From: Mobula birostris
Lineage: Eukaryota
Direction: 5' to 3'
Assembly: GCF_030028105.1 (NCBI RefSeq)
Contig: NC_092375.1
Location: 68,051,130 to 68,115,129, forward strand
Length of the DNA: 64,000 nucleotides
The notes beneath the pieces are model-generated. The model was not told where the DNA came from and did not search any database. It saw nothing but the letters and a program-made list of their open reading frames with translations. A program made the translations under genes and the position numbers. Positions 62,392 through 64,000 of this stretch are shown piece by piece; within the stretch, counting starts at the first letter, position 1, and every line of letters begins with the position of its first letter.

Positions 62392-62473
62392 CTGTAATTG
62401 ATACCATTGTTTAAACTGTTCCGGCTCCAATAAGAACTCTGGTTTCACGTGAGCAAGGCAAGCTCCTTGAGCT
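62392..62473 (-). CDS. CFAP47: CFAP47 internal coding exon (first in window)
   Basis: tttcag|A GCT CAA GGA...TTA CAG|gtatga; 82 nt, phase 2 to 0; encodes AQGACLAHVKPEFLLEPEQFKQWYQLQ, resembling the recalled CFAP47 AQGGCISHVLPEFLLEPE segment. Confidence 0.88.
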
Positions 62474-62797
62474 CTGAAATAAGACATAATTAAAACAGGA
62501 AGGAATATGTTAATTATACCCAGGGAGTGAATTCATATATTATGTTTCACAGTTTTCTGGACAAACATTATAATATTTTGGAAACTTTATTATAACATGA
62601 AACTGGAATGTGGCATCATAATTGATTTTCATATTCAATAGTTGGAAAATGTAGCCATATTCAAAATTTAAAGTTGAATAACCAAAAGTATTCTTCAACT
62701 GGAATTCAGAACCAACCAAATAGGCTATACATGAATGCATTATAGATAAAAGACTAGAAGTTGCAAAGGGAAAATCTCTGATACAATAAATTATCTC

Positions 62798-62945
62798 AAA
62801 CACGAGAAAATCTACAGATGCTGGAAATCCAAAGCAACACACAAATACTGGAGGAACTGATGGTCTCGGCCCGAAACATCAACTATTTACTCTTTTCTGT
62901 AGATGCTGCCTGGTTTGCTGAGTTCATCCAGCATTTATATGAGTT
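62798..62945. mobile_element. Short fold-back Penelope-derived fragment with truncated hammerhead core
   Basis: Inverted PLE tail joined to ctgatggtctcggcccgaaacatc and the forward tail. Confidence 0.7.
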
Positions 62946-63533
62946 TCAGAAAAATATCAATTTTCTTGGGTTCACAGATCAAATAAATATACCTGTTGCA
63001 ACTTTCATCAATTAAAACTGCAGAGCTAATCATATGCAGTCAAGCTTAAACTACTGCAACCGTAGGATTTGTTTTTAATTTGTTCTTGAGATATGGACAA
63101 TATTAGGGAAGCATTACATGATATCCTACTTCTATTCTGCCTGAGGAGGTGTTGATGGGTTGCATTTTGTGCAACGGAATCTCTTTGGTTCTTATAATGG
63201 CATCAAGTTAGGGAAATGATTGATTTGACTCGAAAACAATGAAGGGAAACGAGAGCAGATAATGTCAGAAATATTTGTGATTCAGAGAGAAAAATCGGAA
63301 GTCATGTTTTTAAAAGGACTATATTTAGCTAAAAAGTTTGTACTTCTTGCAATAAATTTAGTATTCTCATCTGATGCATTATACGCTATCTAAAAAATGT
63401 AGGCAAGAATTTGACAAGTTTACTTTGACAGCATAACTTTAACTATTATTTCCTTGCGGAATACTAAACTATTGCCCTATCATTGTAGACATGGTATTGG
63501 TATTAAATTTCTGGAGAAAGATTATCTCTAAGG

Positions 63534-63601
63534 CATGGAGTTCCCAACCATTTTTATGCCATGGATCCCTACCATTAATCAGAGGGTCTGTGGAACCCCT
63601 G
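63534..63601. mobile_element. 68-bp hAT (Charlie-like) mini element
   Basis: catggagttcccaacc...ggaacccctg; exact 8-bp TSD CTCTAAGG (63526-63533 and 63602-63609). Confidence 0.8.
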
Positions 63602-64000
63602 CTCTAAGGGATGAAAGTTGGGCACTGGCACTGGTGCTGCCTTGACAAATAATAAATTGATGAGCGGTGAGGTAATTATATTCATTTTTGTTTGATTTAC
63701 CCATTACTTAACAAGTGTGAATTTTGCCTGTTATGTCTCATCCTACTTTGCCAAATGAGCTATGACTGCATCTGCACACCATAGAAATTATAAGCCAAGT
63801 GTTGACATTATCAGAAATAGGTTCATCACTGATGAGAAGTCAAGGATTATGAACAATGAATTTGGATCTTGGAGAAAAAAAGGCTGAGAGAAGATGCAGA
63901 TCTTTGAACTGAGAGCATCAGAAATGTTGCAAGAAACCTGAAAATTTATTTGACTAAACATGATACAATGAAACCTAATTTTAGAAATAGATAAAATCTG

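Overview
Eukaryotic vertebrate DNA, probably a cartilaginous fish (inferred from the HE1/V-SINE, CR1, Rex1/Babar and Penelope repeat content). The window lies inside one large minus-strand gene, CFAP47 (cilia- and flagella-associated protein 47). Ten internal coding exons (62473 down to 21337; 1194 nt, about 398 codons) have GT-AG sites and consistent phases, and they include the calponin-homology-like region. The introns are packed with often nested transposable elements: CR1 LINEs (two near full length), Rex1/Babar-type LINE fragments, a chromodomain-bearing Ty3/Gypsy element with both LTRs, Penelope-like (GIY-YIG) elements with minimal hammerhead ribozymes, V-SINEs, a deleted Tigger element and hAT MITEs. 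The most interesting signal is that three diverged CR1 subfamilies all end ORF1 with GAG GGT TTA AAC TAA. This places a U_UUA_AAC slippery heptamer directly before the stop, with ORF2 in the -1 frame. The best-preserved copy has no AUG before the endonuclease motifs, which suggests ORF2 is expressed by -1 ribosomal frameshifting as an ORF1-ORF2 fusion. No prokaryotic features, CRISPR arrays, rRNA or tRNA genes were found. All family calls come from motif recognition by eye, and TE boundaries are approximate unless a TSD is quoted.
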